From: Eledone cirrhosa | Lineage: Eukaryota | Reading direction: 5' to 3' | Length of the DNA: 64,000 nucleotides | NCBI GenBank assembly: GCA_964016885.1 | Contig: OZ024743.1 | Coordinates: 315,332,001-315,396,000, forward strand | Shown: positions 15,248 through 30,097 of the stretch, in pieces | Layout of the letters: each line of letters begins with the position of its first letter | Numbering within the stretch: position 1 is the stretch's first letter | Translations under genes and position numbers: made by a program | The notes under the pieces: generated by a model | Database searches by the model: none | The model's input: the letters and a program-made list of their open reading frames with translations, nothing else | Told to the model about the DNA's origin: nothing

Positions 15248-17155
15248 TGTGTGTGTGTGTACGTGCGTGTGTGTGTGTGTGCGTATATATTTTTATGTAT
15301 GTGCATGTATATTTAAAGGATTTCGTTGTCGAAATTACGTCAAGCAGAATGCATTGAGCTAATAAATCCAGTTCTTTGAGCTCTGATTTCAAACCCTGGT
15401 TTACGCTGCCTTTTATTCTTTTCGGGTTGATAGAAAAATATCATACCAAAACAATAAAGTTCCTAAGTCTATCATCGATATCTCTAGACTTTCACATTCT
15501 CGTTTTCTGGATATGAAGTATTGCTGACCTCTATAACAGCCTCTTGTATAATAGGCAAATGTGTTACATGTGCATTTAACTGCCACATTTTTGACTAATG
15601 TAATTTATAAACTCGTTTGCAAAATTGAAAATTCTAAATATTATGTCTCAAGTTTCCATATTGGCCAAGTACAGCACACTTTGTAGGTTTATTGGATATT
15701 TACCAGTCACAACTGCAACACAAGTCAACACAAATCACAATAAAATAAATAAAATAATAATAGTTGAGAAACTATTAAATGACAATGCCTTCATAATATA
15801 TAGAATTCCCAACAAAAAAAAGACGATGAAGTAGGAAAGTGTTGCTCTCTTACAACACAATGTCTAAAATAAACGCCTAAAGTACATACAAACGTTATAA
15901 ACATAAATACATGATTGGAATATTTTACTCTCAGTCACTCTGTTAATACAATCCACTGTTCAGCACTCTGCTGTTTTTGCCAATTGACTATATGTGGCAA
16001 AATGGAATTAGTAGTGACTGTTTTAGACAGCCGTGTTTTTTAAAGTATCGATCAACTCGTAATAATTGTTCAATTATTATTTTAATAGATGTCACGTCTG
16101 TTAGATTCCATTATTGCATAATAAAACCCCTAGCGATTTTACTATTCTTAACCATCTCGCAAAATGATTTTGTTAAACCACTTCTATATCGATTCTTCCA
16201 GTGAATCACTTACGTTATTTTCTCAATAACGTATTGAAACGTGTTAAGTTGATGCTCTGATGCAGTTAATATGGAAAACTTCATGAATTTCAGATTAAGA
16301 AGGGTGTTGTTGAAAGGTGTTCAATGAGAAGACACTCAAACAAACGTAGTACCGGAGGTAACAATAATAGTTTGTAATAGAAATTAGGAAAGAAACACTA
16401 AACAAAGGAATGGTTACATTAGATTATCTAGTACTGGTAATAAGGGGATAGGGGCTAAAAAAAGTCATTTATACTATTTAATCAAGGAGAGGTGGCAATG
16501 CCATTCAGTTAGGGGAGAAAGGAAGAAAGGGATCCTTAAACCGGAGGCTTTCAAAATGTGTGATTATTTCTGTAGAATGGGATTATTTATTACGGTTTTC
16601 TCGGGGTTCGAGATGTGGCGCCTCCATTATTAGTTGTTATGAGGAAGCGAGTGGGCTTCCTCACACTGGAGGCTTTGCCTGAATACTTCAAACAAAGATG
16701 ACTCTGCTCAGAGTGTAGTGGACTGGAAATAATATTAAATGGCAATTAATCAGCATTCTCTAACGAGCCTGACAATTCGCCATCTTAAATAAGGAAGGAC
16801 ACTTTAGAGAATGGAGTAGTATGCTGAATATGTATTTAGAATATATAGTGTGGAATGTGATAGTTAATAGTTGAAAACGTTTGATCATAGTTTAACTGCG
16901 ACCAAGCAACAACTATTCACGATCTGAAGGTTGGGAGTTTGATACCCGGTGGCACACTGTGGGATTGAACAAGACTCATCGTTATATATTGCTCAAATCT
17001 CCTCAGCTGGCAAACATGAGTTGTAATACAAAACCGAAGCACCAGCTTTATCCCACCCTGTTTCAAAATGAATCTCCCTGAGGATTATTTTGACGGTAGA
17101 CATGCCTGTAGAATGCACAGTCATTTGCACGTTAGTTTCATGAGCAAGCAGTTCC

Positions 17156-17222
<67 letters not shown>

Positions 17223-17765
17223 CATATAAGTGTGTGTGTGTGTGTGTGTGTGTGTGTACATATTAATTTGATTAAAACAACAGAAGGGTGGATTGGGGAC
17301 ATCCTTTTAAAGTTTTATTGCTGCAAAAACACTGTATATATTTCAATAGTCTGCTCACGTAAGACTGACAACAACATTAAGTGCGGATTGCATAATAACT
17401 TAATCAATAAAATGAATTATGGCACACACACAAACAGAGAACAGAGGAAATACTGGATTAGGAGATGGCACGCGAAATCGGTATTATTGTTTCGAAATGG
17501 TCTACTGCAAAAGTAACACCAATTTCGTGATCCATCTCCGAATCAACTATTTTCTCTATTCTCTGTTGTGTAATTCTTTTTATTAATTAACTAATTATGT
17601 AATCCACAGCTGATGATGTCGCCAAGGTCTTACGTAACTGGGCCATTGAAATATATACATTGCATTTTGCAACAATAAAACTATAAAAGAATATCTCCAG
17701 TCCAGTCTTCTGTTGTTTTATCCATAGGTGAACCACAAAACATAAATGTATATTATATATGTATG

Positions 17766-17815
<50 letters not shown>

Positions 17816-17942
17816 TTAAGGTCAACTTTGTTGCAATTCGATTCGGGCACTCAGCGTACTTTTTCCACATAGTAGTGACGGAGTATATTTAGAATAAGAA
17901 AATGAAAAGTAGTTTCAGATGTTAAAGTCGTTTAATGATAAT

Positions 17943-18017
17943 GCTGTGATAGATATTTCAATGACGACAGTGGCGACACTCTTTGGTTTACCCAGTGCCA
18001 TGACATCATCAGACAGC
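17943..18017 (-). ncRNA. Type-I hammerhead ribozyme (family of 62967)
   Basis: Minus strand GCTGT-CTGATGA-...-GAAAT atct ATC-ACAGC. Confidence 0.72.
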
Positions 18018-18835
18018 TTCTTACATAATAAGGTTATGTCCCGAGGTAATCCAAATTGAATCGACAAGAGAACGGACAAAGCAGGTGTTCTTAAGTCTTT
18101 CGTCCGTTCCCTTGTGCGTCCCAATTCACACCCACGGGTTTGCGCAGGCGCAAGTCCGGGGGATGTTGACCATCCACTACCCTAAAACTCTACGAAATTC
18201 GCCTATGCAGGTCCCCACATGCCCCAGCGAAATAATCACCCCCATCCAGGTCTGTAATAAGAGACTACTATAGTTTGCTGCTAGCCGTCCTGGTAGTTGC
18301 GGTTGACCGAAACGCAGTGGTAGTGGCAGAGTATGATCCTCATTAGGCCTTACTACTACCCCTAAATTATTCTTGGACAATAGAATTTGCAATCAGCCAC
18401 TAAGAGAATCTAACTTAATTCTAGATGTTATGGTTTCACAGTGGAAATTATGATTGAAAATTAGAAATTAAAGCAATATTACAAGTTAAAATCTCGATTG
18501 AAGTAAATAAAAAAATAAATATAAATATATACATATAATAGCTAATACTATTGAGATGTTTAAATTATAGTAGGAAGTTTTGAAGGAGGATCAATATTAC
18601 AGATATATTATCTACACATTGAACGACAGTATGAAACGTAGTAATTAGGCAAATAATTAGTTAATATCTTCTTCTATCACATGAATCAAAATAAAAACTA
18701 CATGAACAAATATGAGAAAATATAAGAAAAAATACACGAGGAAGATAAACTGTATGGAAATGAGAGTATAAGTGGTTAAAGTGCTGGTCAATTCTGTCCA
18801 AGTAAAAAGCATATGAAAGATCGTTATCGGATGAT

Positions 18836-18870
<35 letters not shown>

Positions 18871-19076
18871 CTACCGTTCGAGCCATATGTGGAAATGCAA
18901 TTTGTAGCAGGAAAATAACAGGTCTAACGTTGCTCTTAGCTCTGCTTATTTATCCGGTGGGGGGTATGTTGGGACTCACAAGGGAACGGACGGACGATCC
19001 AAGAACGTCTGCTTTGTCCGTACCCTTGTCGCTTCAATTTGGATTACCTCGGGAACATAACCTTATTATGTAAGAA

Positions 19077-19151
19077 GCTGTCTGATGAGTTCATGGCACT
19101 GGGTACACAGAAGAGTGTCGCCACTGTCGTCATTGAAATATGTATCACAGC
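19077..19151 (+). ncRNA. Type-I hammerhead ribozyme (family of 62967)
   Basis: GCTGT-CTGATGA-...-GAAAT atgt ATC-ACAGC. Confidence 0.72.
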
Positions 19152-19218
19152 ATTATCATCTGAAACTACTTTGCATTTTCTTATTCTCTCTCTCGCTCTC
19201 TCTCTCTATATATATATA

Positions 19219-19317
<99 letters not shown>

Positions 19318-20447
19318 AAATTTAGTACAGCAACAACGAAGCCATGGTTGCAGCCAAGCTAACGAATGCAGTCTCGGTGTGCAGCTAAGCACTCGATAGG
19401 GTATATAACCCTAGAGTTATAACATTATGTTTAGACAGCTTTGCAAAATGAATACAGCGTCCGATAGAAGGGCCGCAATGACCATAGCCACGAAAAAGAC
19501 TGAACTCAGGAAAAATTTGACTAACCTGGACCATCGCGTCGACATCATACATAACACATAATACATATAATATATACCATATAATATACATCACATGTAA
19601 TCCACAATATCTCCGCTAGGTTTCTGTAAATCCTAAATCAAAAAAATCCACTTGCAGGGGTCTGCAAGTTAATGGTTTTTGAAAATAGAACGATGGAGTT
19701 TGCTTCGTCAACAAGTTTGTCGTTCTGGTCCGCTCGGGTGTTTTTATGCTAGAGTAAGCGCTGCTAGCAAACACATGGTTTTCCCAAAGGGAGGTAACCC
19801 CCGATTCTGGCGGTCAATTCGAAATTTGGAACAAAGGAATAAAAATTCCCTTACACAAACCGAATTAAGCACCCAACTAGAAGTTATCAAACAAACATAA
19901 ACAATTAATCGATCAATAGAATTGTCTAATTAAATTATTGTAGTAAAAACATGGTAATATATCAACGGGTTTAGAACACTCAGTCCGTGGGAAGATTTAC
20001 GCATAATAAGCATTACGCAAATACTCAAGTTGTGTTCGATTTAATTCCAACTCATACGATCTTCCATAGTGTCATTGATCCATTATATATATATATCTAT
20101 TAGATTGCCGAATCGTTTTTAGTATTACCAATTATATAACATATGGTCCTATTTTGTTACCTCTACCATTGAGTGACATTTGTACTTCTGGTTTGTGTTA
20201 TTAGTGCTAACTAAACTAAATTGGTCCGCGATAACTCCATACTATCCATCAGTTTCTCCTTCTCACATACTACGCTATTTGCCACCCAAGAACCTAAGAC
20301 AATTTACGACAGTTACGACTCTGTTAGCCTCTCAACACATTAACGATACATGTTCCATTCTGTTTAATCTCCACCTTCGCCACACACACACACACACATA
20401 AAATATATATATACACACACATATAAATATATATATATATATGAATG

Positions 20448-20489
<42 letters not shown>

Positions 20490-20576
20490 GAGAGAGAGAG
20501 AGAGACATACATACATATACATACATACATATATATGTGTGTGTGTATCTATGTATGTATATATATATATACATAT

Positions 20577-20628
<52 letters not shown>

Positions 20629-20993
20629 GTGTGTGTGTGTGTACATATATGTTCTTCATCTATAGCCTATTTGTAGGCATTATATACATCATACACCCAA
20701 CTAGCGCCACAACAACCGCCAACACCCACACCATAATACCACTTTATTGCTCGCCCAATGTCTCTACAAGCAAATTTAACACTAACTCATGTAGGCCACG
20801 TGGCTCCTTTCGCACCAGATTAGTTACAATGTTGATAAGAAAGTAATTCAATGGCGGCATTCATGAACAGGTCATTTATACTAGTTTAGCGCGCTTTTGT
20901 AATTAACTCCCCCATCACTCTCAAACGTTATATTCGTCTAAACATAGTCTCAGTTTGTGCTCCGTAAATTGTTCTTTTCCTTTTATACATACA

Positions 20994-22639
20994 CTAGCAT
21001 TAAAGCCCGGCGTTGCTCGTGGTCATTAAGTTACCAAAGTTAGGTTGCACCACCCATTTTATGGCAGCACTTTTTGTCTGCAAGGCACTGGGTGAATGAA
21101 TTGCAGACCTGGAAGCATGAGCTGCACCAGCAGTGAGAATTGTAGTTTCGCCTATGGATATTATCTCTGTGCAAAAAAGTGTTGAAATTTATTGTTTCAC
21201 AGTACTTGTGCAACACGCGCGTAGACGATGCCAGCCGAACAACAGAGCTGCGATGGAGTTGTTCTGCATAGTTGTCTGTGTGTTTTCTAAATTTAAGACA
21301 GTAGGGAGGGTTGTGATATGACGGAGAGTTAGCTGTTGTTTCTAGCAGGTTATAGTGACCTCATAGAGGATATGTGTTTTCTAAATTTAAGACAGTAGGG
21401 AGGGGTGTGATACGGGGGAGAGTTAGCTGCTGTTTCTAGCAGGTTTAGTGACCTCATAGAAGATATGTTTTCTAAATTTAAGACAGTAGGGAGGGGTGTG
21501 GTATGAGGGAGAGGTAGCTGCTGTTTCTAGCAGGTTTAGTGACCTCATAGAGGATATTATTGTTTATCATTATCTATAAAAGGCAGATTGTTGTTGTTGT
21601 TGTTGAAGTGAGTGTGTGTTTGTATGCGTTTGGAAAAGAGGTTTTAAAAAAAATTTATCGCTTGTTGTTGAATAAATGTATCTGTTGCTTTTGAATAATT
21701 GTCGTTTCGTATGAAATGTAATAATTGTTTCTACTTTTTTGGCACAAGGCCAGCAATTACCCAGTACATTACTGGTACTTTATGTAATAATAAACGTTCT
21801 CTATCTCTCTCCCTCTCACTCTCTTCTCTCTCTCTCTTCGGCAATCACGCACGTTGTCAGATGATGTGTGAGAGTAAAACGGACAGTATCACCATCAAGC
21901 TTGGAAAGAGAAAGTAGCAGAAAGTATGAAGTTGTATAGATTTTGGATGGTAGTGGAAAGAGTTTAGCAGTTTAAATGACAGAGGAAAATCGTAAAATAT
22001 TGAGTTTTATCTATTTTTCGCGTAATTGTGGGTGAAATTGAAAAAATTAGATGTGCCAAGACGCAATCGATGCTATTTCGAATACTGAATTGTAAATTTC
22101 AATTGAAGAAATTCTATATCGTAGATGTCTATAAGAAAGGAGCATGACCACACACAGAGCTTTATAGATTATGATGATTAGCTGCTGTTTCTAGCAGGTT
22201 TAGTGACCTCATAGAAGATATGTTTTCTAAATTTAAGACAGTAGGGAGGGGTGTGATAGGGGGGAGAGTTAGCTGCTGTTTCTAGCAGGTTTAGTAACCT
22301 CATAGAGGATATGTGTTTTCTAAATTTAAGACAGTAGGGAGTGGTGTGAACGGTCAGTATCACCATCAAGCTTGGAAAGAGAAAGTAGCAGAAAGTATGA
22401 AGTTGTATAGATTTTGAATGGTAGTAGAAAGATTTTAGCAGTTTAAATGAGAGAGAAAAATCGTAAAATATTGAGTTTTATCTATTTTTTGCGTAATTGT
22501 GGGTGAAATTGAAAAAATTATCTGCGTCAAGACGCAATCAAAGCTATTTCGAATACTGAATTGTAAATTTCAATTGAAGAAATTCTATATCGTAGATTTC
22601 TATAACGAAGGAGTATGACCACACACTGAGCTTTATAGA
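20994..22639 (-). mobile_element. Helitron with internal ~90-bp minisatellite and duplicated 5' end
   Basis: 3' end GAGCAACGCCGGGC..CTAG|T at 20994; A|TCTATAAAGC 5' ends at 22168 and 22639; tandem units at 21281-21557 and 22178-22347; 21885-22170 is duplicated at 22354-22645. Confidence 0.72.
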
Positions 22640-22658
22640 TTATGATACATACATACAT

Positions 22659-25600
22659 CAACGCGATCAGTCGCATATTTTGGTGTGGGAGACTATTCAT
22701 TAAATTTAAGATGAATACTATTTCCGACAGTAATGCCACAACTACAAGTCATGTTGAATAACTGGATATTTTTCTAACTAAATACTGAAGACATCTTTTA
22801 TGCGAATTCGTAGAGATATCAGACTAAATACATAATTCATTTTACAAGGATTTGCTACAAACAGCATGGTTGAACACAACATCAACAACAACAACATCAG
22901 TGGAGTACCGAAGAAAAACGAGAAAGGTAAACAACATTTATTCAGTTATAGCTACAGAGGAAACCGAAATTATAAATTGCATTTCTCTTGGAGTTGCGAA
23001 CATAATGATGATTTATTTAATTGTTATAAAATGGCAAAAAAAATTCCATCCATTGGCTATATGAACAGAATGAAGCTACACTGGGACGAAATACACCCAG
23101 AGCTAAATCACTTCACAGCAAAACAATTACGCCAACAAGCGACGGTTGTCGAAAAAAAAAAGAAGATAAATATTATTAATTGTAAGTCCCCCACAACAAA
23201 CATGGAATCAACAACATGTGCTACAGGTCGCCATGCTACTAGACTTCCTCGCAGCCAGGTCGAACAGCGCCTTGAAACAACTATGCCTGTAAGAAATTTG
23301 ACACCACGTGTACCATCTAAGTCTACCTCGAATGCTGGGGAAAACATTATCGATAATAATAATAATAATCGAAGAAATTTGACACCACGTGTACCGTCCG
23401 AGTCTACCTCGACTATTGTGGAAAATACTATCGATAATGATAATAATCAAAAGTATAAACAATTGAAAATTTCCCTCAACGAAATCTTCCAGAGAAATTA
23501 ATTCATGTATAAACATTTCTCTTGCTGAACGTTTTAAAATAACAATATTTAATAAAAAACCGAATAATGAAATATTACGTGTTATTGACGAAATAGGGGA
23601 TGAATATTTACGACGGATAAAAACCCCAACATTTTGGCAAGTCAACGCCTGTTTATATGCCTTAGCAACGACAGTGAAGCATTATCTTCGTGATAGAGAT
23701 ATTACCAAGAACAAAACACCATCAAAAATACCATCATATATAACTAAAAAAAGATTGCTGACATACGAAAAACCATAGGATATGTGACAATGCTACTTAC
23801 ATGCAAACAAACACAAAAACACTTCACTCCTCACCAACAAAGAGTGAAAAATAAAATAGAGACGATGTTTGGTAACAGTAGAACCAGAAACGCCGATACC
23901 TGAAGAAGGTAGATAAAAGAAAACTGTATAACAAAAGATTCAGACGAAACCAAACATCAGTCTATAGAGATATGAAGGGCAAAATAATAAGTGTCACTGA
24001 GGCCCCATCCCAGAAAGACATAGATTCCTGTTGGAGCAAAATATGGGGTGAAAAGAAGAATTTCAACCATGATGCAGTGAGCTAAGTGAAATCCGAAAGA
24101 ACTATTGCTCCTACACTACAACAAAAACATATGAAATAAGTGAGGGTACTCTTGAGACTGTGATAGGAAAACTCCAAGATAAGAAAACACCAGGAAGAGA
24201 CATGACTGTCGGCCACTGGTACAAAAAAACTGATATTCTATCGGAGGTATCTTACCGACCTCTACTAACAAGTTTTTAAGGGAGATACACTTATTACTGG
24301 TCCCAAAGAACAAAGACACCCACCTGGCAAAAGATTACGGTCTCATTGCATGCCAGAACCTGATGTATAAGATGTATACAGCCTGCCTGAACCTATTCCT
24401 CCAAGATCACTGTGAAAATAATAACATCATCACAGATGAACAAGCAGCTGGAAAGAAAGGGGTTTCGCGATGTGCTGAACAACTCATAATCAAGAAATCT
24501 GCGATGTCGGAGTGTGACAACTTAGGGGGAATATGGCTACAGTCAGGCTAGACTGGACTACAGGAAAGCTTTCGATTCTGTTCCCCGCTCTTGGATGATA
24601 GAGGCCCTCCGACTTGCTAAAGTTGCAGACATTATTATCAGAGCCATAGCGAGCTGTCTTCTTGGGCTACTATCCTAAAATTAAAGACAGAGAAGGAGGC
24701 CTCTATTTTCACAGATAAAATAAAATATCGCAGGGGTATATTTCAGGGAGACTGTCTCTCTGATATTATTCATCCTGTCATTAAACCTCTTGGCCTTTCT
24801 GTGATACAAGGCTCACAGGAGGACAGAAATATGAACCTAACCCATAATTTCTTTGTGAAACTCTATGCCAAGAACATGGATGAGATGAAAAAAAATTTGA
24901 CCTGTTTAAAACATTCTCATTGGATATAGGAATGGAGTTTGGCCACATCAACATCAACAGTGACATAGACCGCCTTTACTTGAAACGTAAACAGGGAGGC
25001 AGAGGCCTAACATCAGTCCAGACAACATTTGAATGTCGCATTATATCTCTCCGACAACATCTACGAACCTTGAAGCGTAGGAGCCTGCTTCTCAAGCAAG
25101 TCTATCTGCATGAAACAGATAAGATCATGAGAGTTGGGAAGGAACTCCTCGAGAGGTATTCCCTGTGTGATAATCAAAAACTCATACCCAGGGATGTCGC
25201 TCAGTAGTATCACAGTGAATCCATGGATGAAAAACTGCATGCCTATCAGCAAAAGATCATGCATGGATATGTTGCCAGGAAGCTCCAGCGTGAGAGTAAT
25301 ATAAATAAGGAAAGTAGTCTATCTTGGATCAACAACCGCTATATTGGATCCCACTTTGAAGGATACGCTTTTGCAATCCAAGAACAGGAGATTAGCACGA
25401 AATACCTGATTCACAAAAGAGATAGGGATGCAGGCAAAACACCTAGATGTGATAACATGTGCAGACTCTGCAGAACTAACATCGAGGATATCACCCATGC
25501 CATCAGCAGCTGACCAAAGATTTCATTGTGGTACTATCTACCTATGAGGCATGATGTAGTGGCCAAAACACTGTACAATGCAGTTTGTAAAAAAGATAGC

Positions 25601-26284
25601 CCCGATAATAAACACATTAAAAGCTAAAACAATGTGGAGGACATCCATGTACATAATATGAAAGATTACTGGTGGAATGTTCCAGTAAAAACCCCAATAA
25701 AATGCAGGCATAACAGACCAGATATTATGATATGGGACAGGGAGAAGAAAACATGCACAGTAGTGGAAATTAGCTGCCCAGCAGATGCCAATATAATATC
25801 AAAGATTAGTGAAAAGGAGAATATTTATGCAGAACTGATGAGAAATCTGCAGATACTCCACCCTGATTACACCTTCAGATTTATGCCTGTGATTATTGGG
25901 GCAATGGGATATGTTAGTAACTGCCTCAATAGAAATCTTGAGAAGCTAGGCTTCACAGGAACAGAAAGAACACAACTAGTTAGGAAACTACAAGTACAAC
26001 CCATTAATAGAACAGTAAAAATATGTAAAACATTCCAAAAATGTTGCATCTAATAACTGCATATACACATGTACAGATACAAAGCATATACACATGCACA
26101 CATACAACTCAAAATATACACATCCACACATACAATAACATCCATATCTACACATGCATGCATACATACATATCTACCTAGTTGATGTTGTGTAAATTCC
26201 AATGAGAGAGTCTTCTGTCTATGTTAGAAACCGACTCTCTCTCTCTCTATTGGTAAAACTTTGTGAAATTATAAAACCAGAAGA
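22659..26284 (+). mobile_element. Decayed, near full-length R4/Dong-clade non-LTR retrotransposon (Myb-like N-terminus, RT, CCHC knuckle, restriction-like endonuclease) inserted in (ACAT)n
   Basis: ORF fragments: W..EHNDDLFNCYKMA..GYMNRMKLHWDEIHP (R4-type N-terminus); YKMYTACL, LDYRKAFDSVP and GIFQGD (RT); DIDRLYLKRKQGGRGL; CRLC..EDITH; HNRPDIMIWD..VVEISCP..EKENIY (RLE). Many stops and frameshifts and an internal RT deletion near 24940. (ACAT)n on both flanks. Confidence 0.9.
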
Positions 26285-28153
26285 ACATACATACATACAT
26301 ACATACATACATACATACATACATACATACATACATACATACATACATACATACATGATAGCTGCAACTCGATTTCGAGTAATGCCATAGCTTAAGCATG
26401 AGCATCACGGACGTGACGTTTTAGTCCTGCTAGGGACTTGCCAATGGCCAGCCATACCATGCATCACAAAAAATGTTACATATCCAGCGATACCAGTGCT
26501 GGAGACTTTTTTAAGTGAGGAAAGGATTTGCACGGAGCCTGTCACAATCTCGGAACATCGAATGCAATTAGCCAAAAAGAAGAACTGGTCTACATCATTG
26601 GATGCAAACGAAGTTGCAGGTTTTATATCAGTGACCTTCTCTTAGGGAGATGTCTTAATGAAGCCTAGGAGTCTCTCGCTCCACAAAAAAATACATACAT
26701 ATATACAACATACATACATACATACATACATGCCTGAAGAACAGATCAACATCATTTGCTACCATCGTTTTGCAGGTTTTACATCAGTTTTCCATTTCTT
26801 AGTATTGTTGTCCTAAACTAAAGGTCTCTCACTCCCGGTGGGCATCAAACCGAGTATTTCATGTCACCGCGCATAGATATGTACATACTTAAATATATAT
26901 ATATATATATACATAAATGCATGGATAGACCTCCATCTGGCCCTTGGAAGCATTTAGTGGAGTCCACTCTGTTATAGACATTTAGATCAGATCTCCAGTT
27001 TTTCTAACTCCTCACTAGTTTTAGAAACTTGGGAAAGTATCATAGTTCCTTCCTTCTTCCCTTTCCTGGCCTGAAGAGTTCTAAAAAATCATTGAATTCG
27101 CTAAGCTCCCCTCCTCTTAGACAAATACGTGTCTAAGCAAAATTTCCTTTACATAATGTAATGTTGCCGACAATACAGGTCTGATAACTAAGACAACTTC
27201 ATATATACACATTATAAATAAATATATAAATTAATAAATATACGGAGTAATATCACATTTTACTGGCTTCAATCATTGTACTGTCATGATGAGGCACTGC
27301 ATTCAAGTGGTAAGCTGATCATATTTACCCTACTACTTATGATTTTGAAAATACTTTATATTATTGCCGTTCTTCAAGATTTTATTGTAAGAAATTTTAT
27401 TTTCACTCAAATATACGCAACACAATGGAAATGAAATTGAAACCATATATATAGATATAGTTGATTTATTTGGTCGATGACACTTTGTCTAATAACATTT
27501 ACCCTTTCAGTATTAGTTCATGTCGACAATAATGGCATTGGTAAATATAACTAATCGGAATTTAAGAATAAAACCTAACGGTTATTAATTTCGATCAGAA
27601 AAGCAGCAAGGAAAGTAGAAAGATACGAATATGACATGAAAATATGTTTAAAAATAATTATCACTCAGACTGATGTGATTTCCAACTATTTGTATTGTTG
27701 TAATCTCTGTTGTCTTTACCTATTTTCCGTTTCATCTGTATGGAATTGACGAGGAATCAATTATCGTGTTGATTCAACCAGCTTCAAATACATGAATACA
27801 TACTAAAACATAACACAAACTTCATATAAGAAGAAGTGCAAGCCAATTATCGAGTGATATATTCTGTATTAAATAATCCTAAGCTGTTATTTATTTCAGC
27901 AATTTATTTGTTTCTGTTAACTCATAAAGTTAACAGAAGTTGACAGGAATCATACATGTGAAATATATATTTATATGTGAAAAAAGTCAGGAACCCGACG
28001 GCTAGATACGAACTAGTTCGGATCCAGCTGTCGAAAGGGCCGGAGCTCAACCGTCGGGGTCCTGACTCTTTTGATATTACCCACTCTACTACCCCAAGTA
28101 TTGAGTACTCTGGTGCGTTATGGTCCACCTGGTATATTACCACACCATCTTTG

Positions 28154-28192
<39 letters not shown>

Positions 28193-28912
28193 TGTGCGTG
28201 TGTTGTGTGTGTGTACTTACGTTTACCTACATATATATACATATATATATTACACATATATATATATGCATGTATTCAGTTACATATGTACACACATACA
28301 TTTATATACTTAGTGATATATATATATGTGTGTTTGTGTGTGTCTGTGTGCAGGCGCGTGTGTGTATTTACATACATACATGCATACAAACATAAATACA
28401 TACATTCATACATACATACACACATAGAAATAGACAGACATACAGGCATACATACATATCTGTTCGTATGAACAGGGGCGAGGCAGTGTGCATAATAGTT
28501 TATTTTGCCAACAGTCAACGTCCTTATGGTAAACACGGTGACATATTAAATAAAGGCCTGAACATTGCAGTATTAATGTTTGTACAATCGAGGATGGAGA
28601 GAGAAGAAAATCATACAAGCTGTATATGAAATGATTGATTGTGATACAGGCGGAAGTAAATGTAGACATGTGAATGGCTTAAGTAAGAAGAGAAGCCGTG
28701 TTTTCACAAATGCATCTACTATACATATATATATATATAATGTGTGTGTGTATGTATGAATACATATATGTATATATATACATATATATATTGTATTATA
28801 TAGATATATATAGATATATTGTCTGTGTGTTTCTACATATACACGCAAATATATGTTTGTGTTTCTATACGTGCGTGCACGAGCGTATACATATACACAC
28901 ACACACACACAT

Positions 28913-28955
<43 letters not shown>

Positions 28956-29028
28956 AACAAAGAAAGTGTGGTAAGATAACAAGTGGACCATAACGCACCA
29001 GAGTACTCGATACTTAGAGTAGTAGAGT

Positions 29029-29062
<34 letters not shown>

Positions 29063-29064
<2 letters not shown>

Positions 29065-30078
29065 GCTCATCGAATGCTCGAAACTCCGGTTTGGCGGGGA
29101 ATTGGACATTTGGATGTAATCAGTGTATTCAACCGGAGAACTAGTGAGGAGCACAGCTATCATGCTTCCAACACTTAGAATCAGTTAAACTATAACTATA
29201 AAACATCTACGCTATACACTCTGGTCTGTGGCCCACGCCATACAGGCAGCTATACTTTACCTAATAAAACATCGGAGGCCATCTTCGGTTGATTCAGGTT
29301 TATTTAAAACTCCGTTATACATATTTCCCTGAGGCTATCAATTATGATAGCTTCAGATCTTCAGACGGCAAAACCTAAAATAAACATAGCAAGTTCCAAG
29401 AAACCTTTAACATTTGGAACAAATCTGATAATTTCCCCGAAAAAAAAAGATTTTCATTTCATGATACAGGGGGCCGGCCGAACGCGTGGTGTTGTTTCTT
29501 CGATGGGAGACCCATTTATGACCCCAAAAGTTTAGGCAGGAAGTACTGGTCAGTTTAGAAAGTAACGAAAACGGCTGATAGCCCTTCTTCTCTCCTCCAT
29601 ATCTCTACTTATTGTAGTAGTAGTCTCAACAGCTGCTATAATAGATGTGACGACCCCCACCCATCCTAGCCACATATCCTCCACAGGTCCGCACAACTGT
29701 GAATAATATAACCAATACCAAAATTAATTATATTCGAAATAGATTAATATACAATAACTAAACTAATTAATTAACCAATTAAGAACAAAAGGAAAGGTTA
29801 TATTAAAGGGGATATATATGTGGGAAAGAGATGATTATAATTATAATGAAAAACATTTTTATAGTGAAGAGAATTAAAAGGTAAAGTATAGCTGCCTGTA
29901 TGGCTAGGCCACAGACCAGAGTGTATAGCGTAGATGTTGTATAGTTATAGTTTAACTGGTTCTATATTGTTGGAAGCATGATAGCTGTGCTCCTCATTAG
30001 TTCCCCGGTTGAATACACTCATTACATCCAAATGTCCAATTCCCCGCCAAAACGGAGTTCCAAGCATTCGATGAGCAT
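29063..30078. mobile_element. Symmetric fold-back/MITE-like element with ~200-bp terminal inverted repeats in (TA)n
   Basis: 29063-29262 vs 29879-30078; both outer ends abut (TA)n. Confidence 0.85.
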
Positions 30079-30097
30079 ATATATATATATATATATA

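Larger units (their letters stand above)
17813..19185 (-). mobile_element. Fold-back hammerhead element (~220-bp arms, ~850-bp spacer, tail at left)
   Basis: 17892-18125 vs 18968-19185 inverted; tail 17813-17890 is homologous to 63092-63168; (TA)n on both sides. Confidence 0.8.

Noticed and set aside
18836-18870. G35 run as a functional G-quadruplex or poly-Gly exon
   Set aside because: A homopolymer inside a repeat spacer; its length is unreliable and there is no supporting context.
21281-22347. Regularly spaced repeats resembling a CRISPR array
   Set aside because: The units are contiguous tandem copies with no unique spacers, there are no cas genes, and they lie inside a Helitron in a eukaryotic context.
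25511-25513. TGA at the last Cys of the CCHC knuckle, a possible selenocysteine
   Set aside because: The element has many other stops and frameshifts and I see no SECIS; a point mutation is the simpler explanation.
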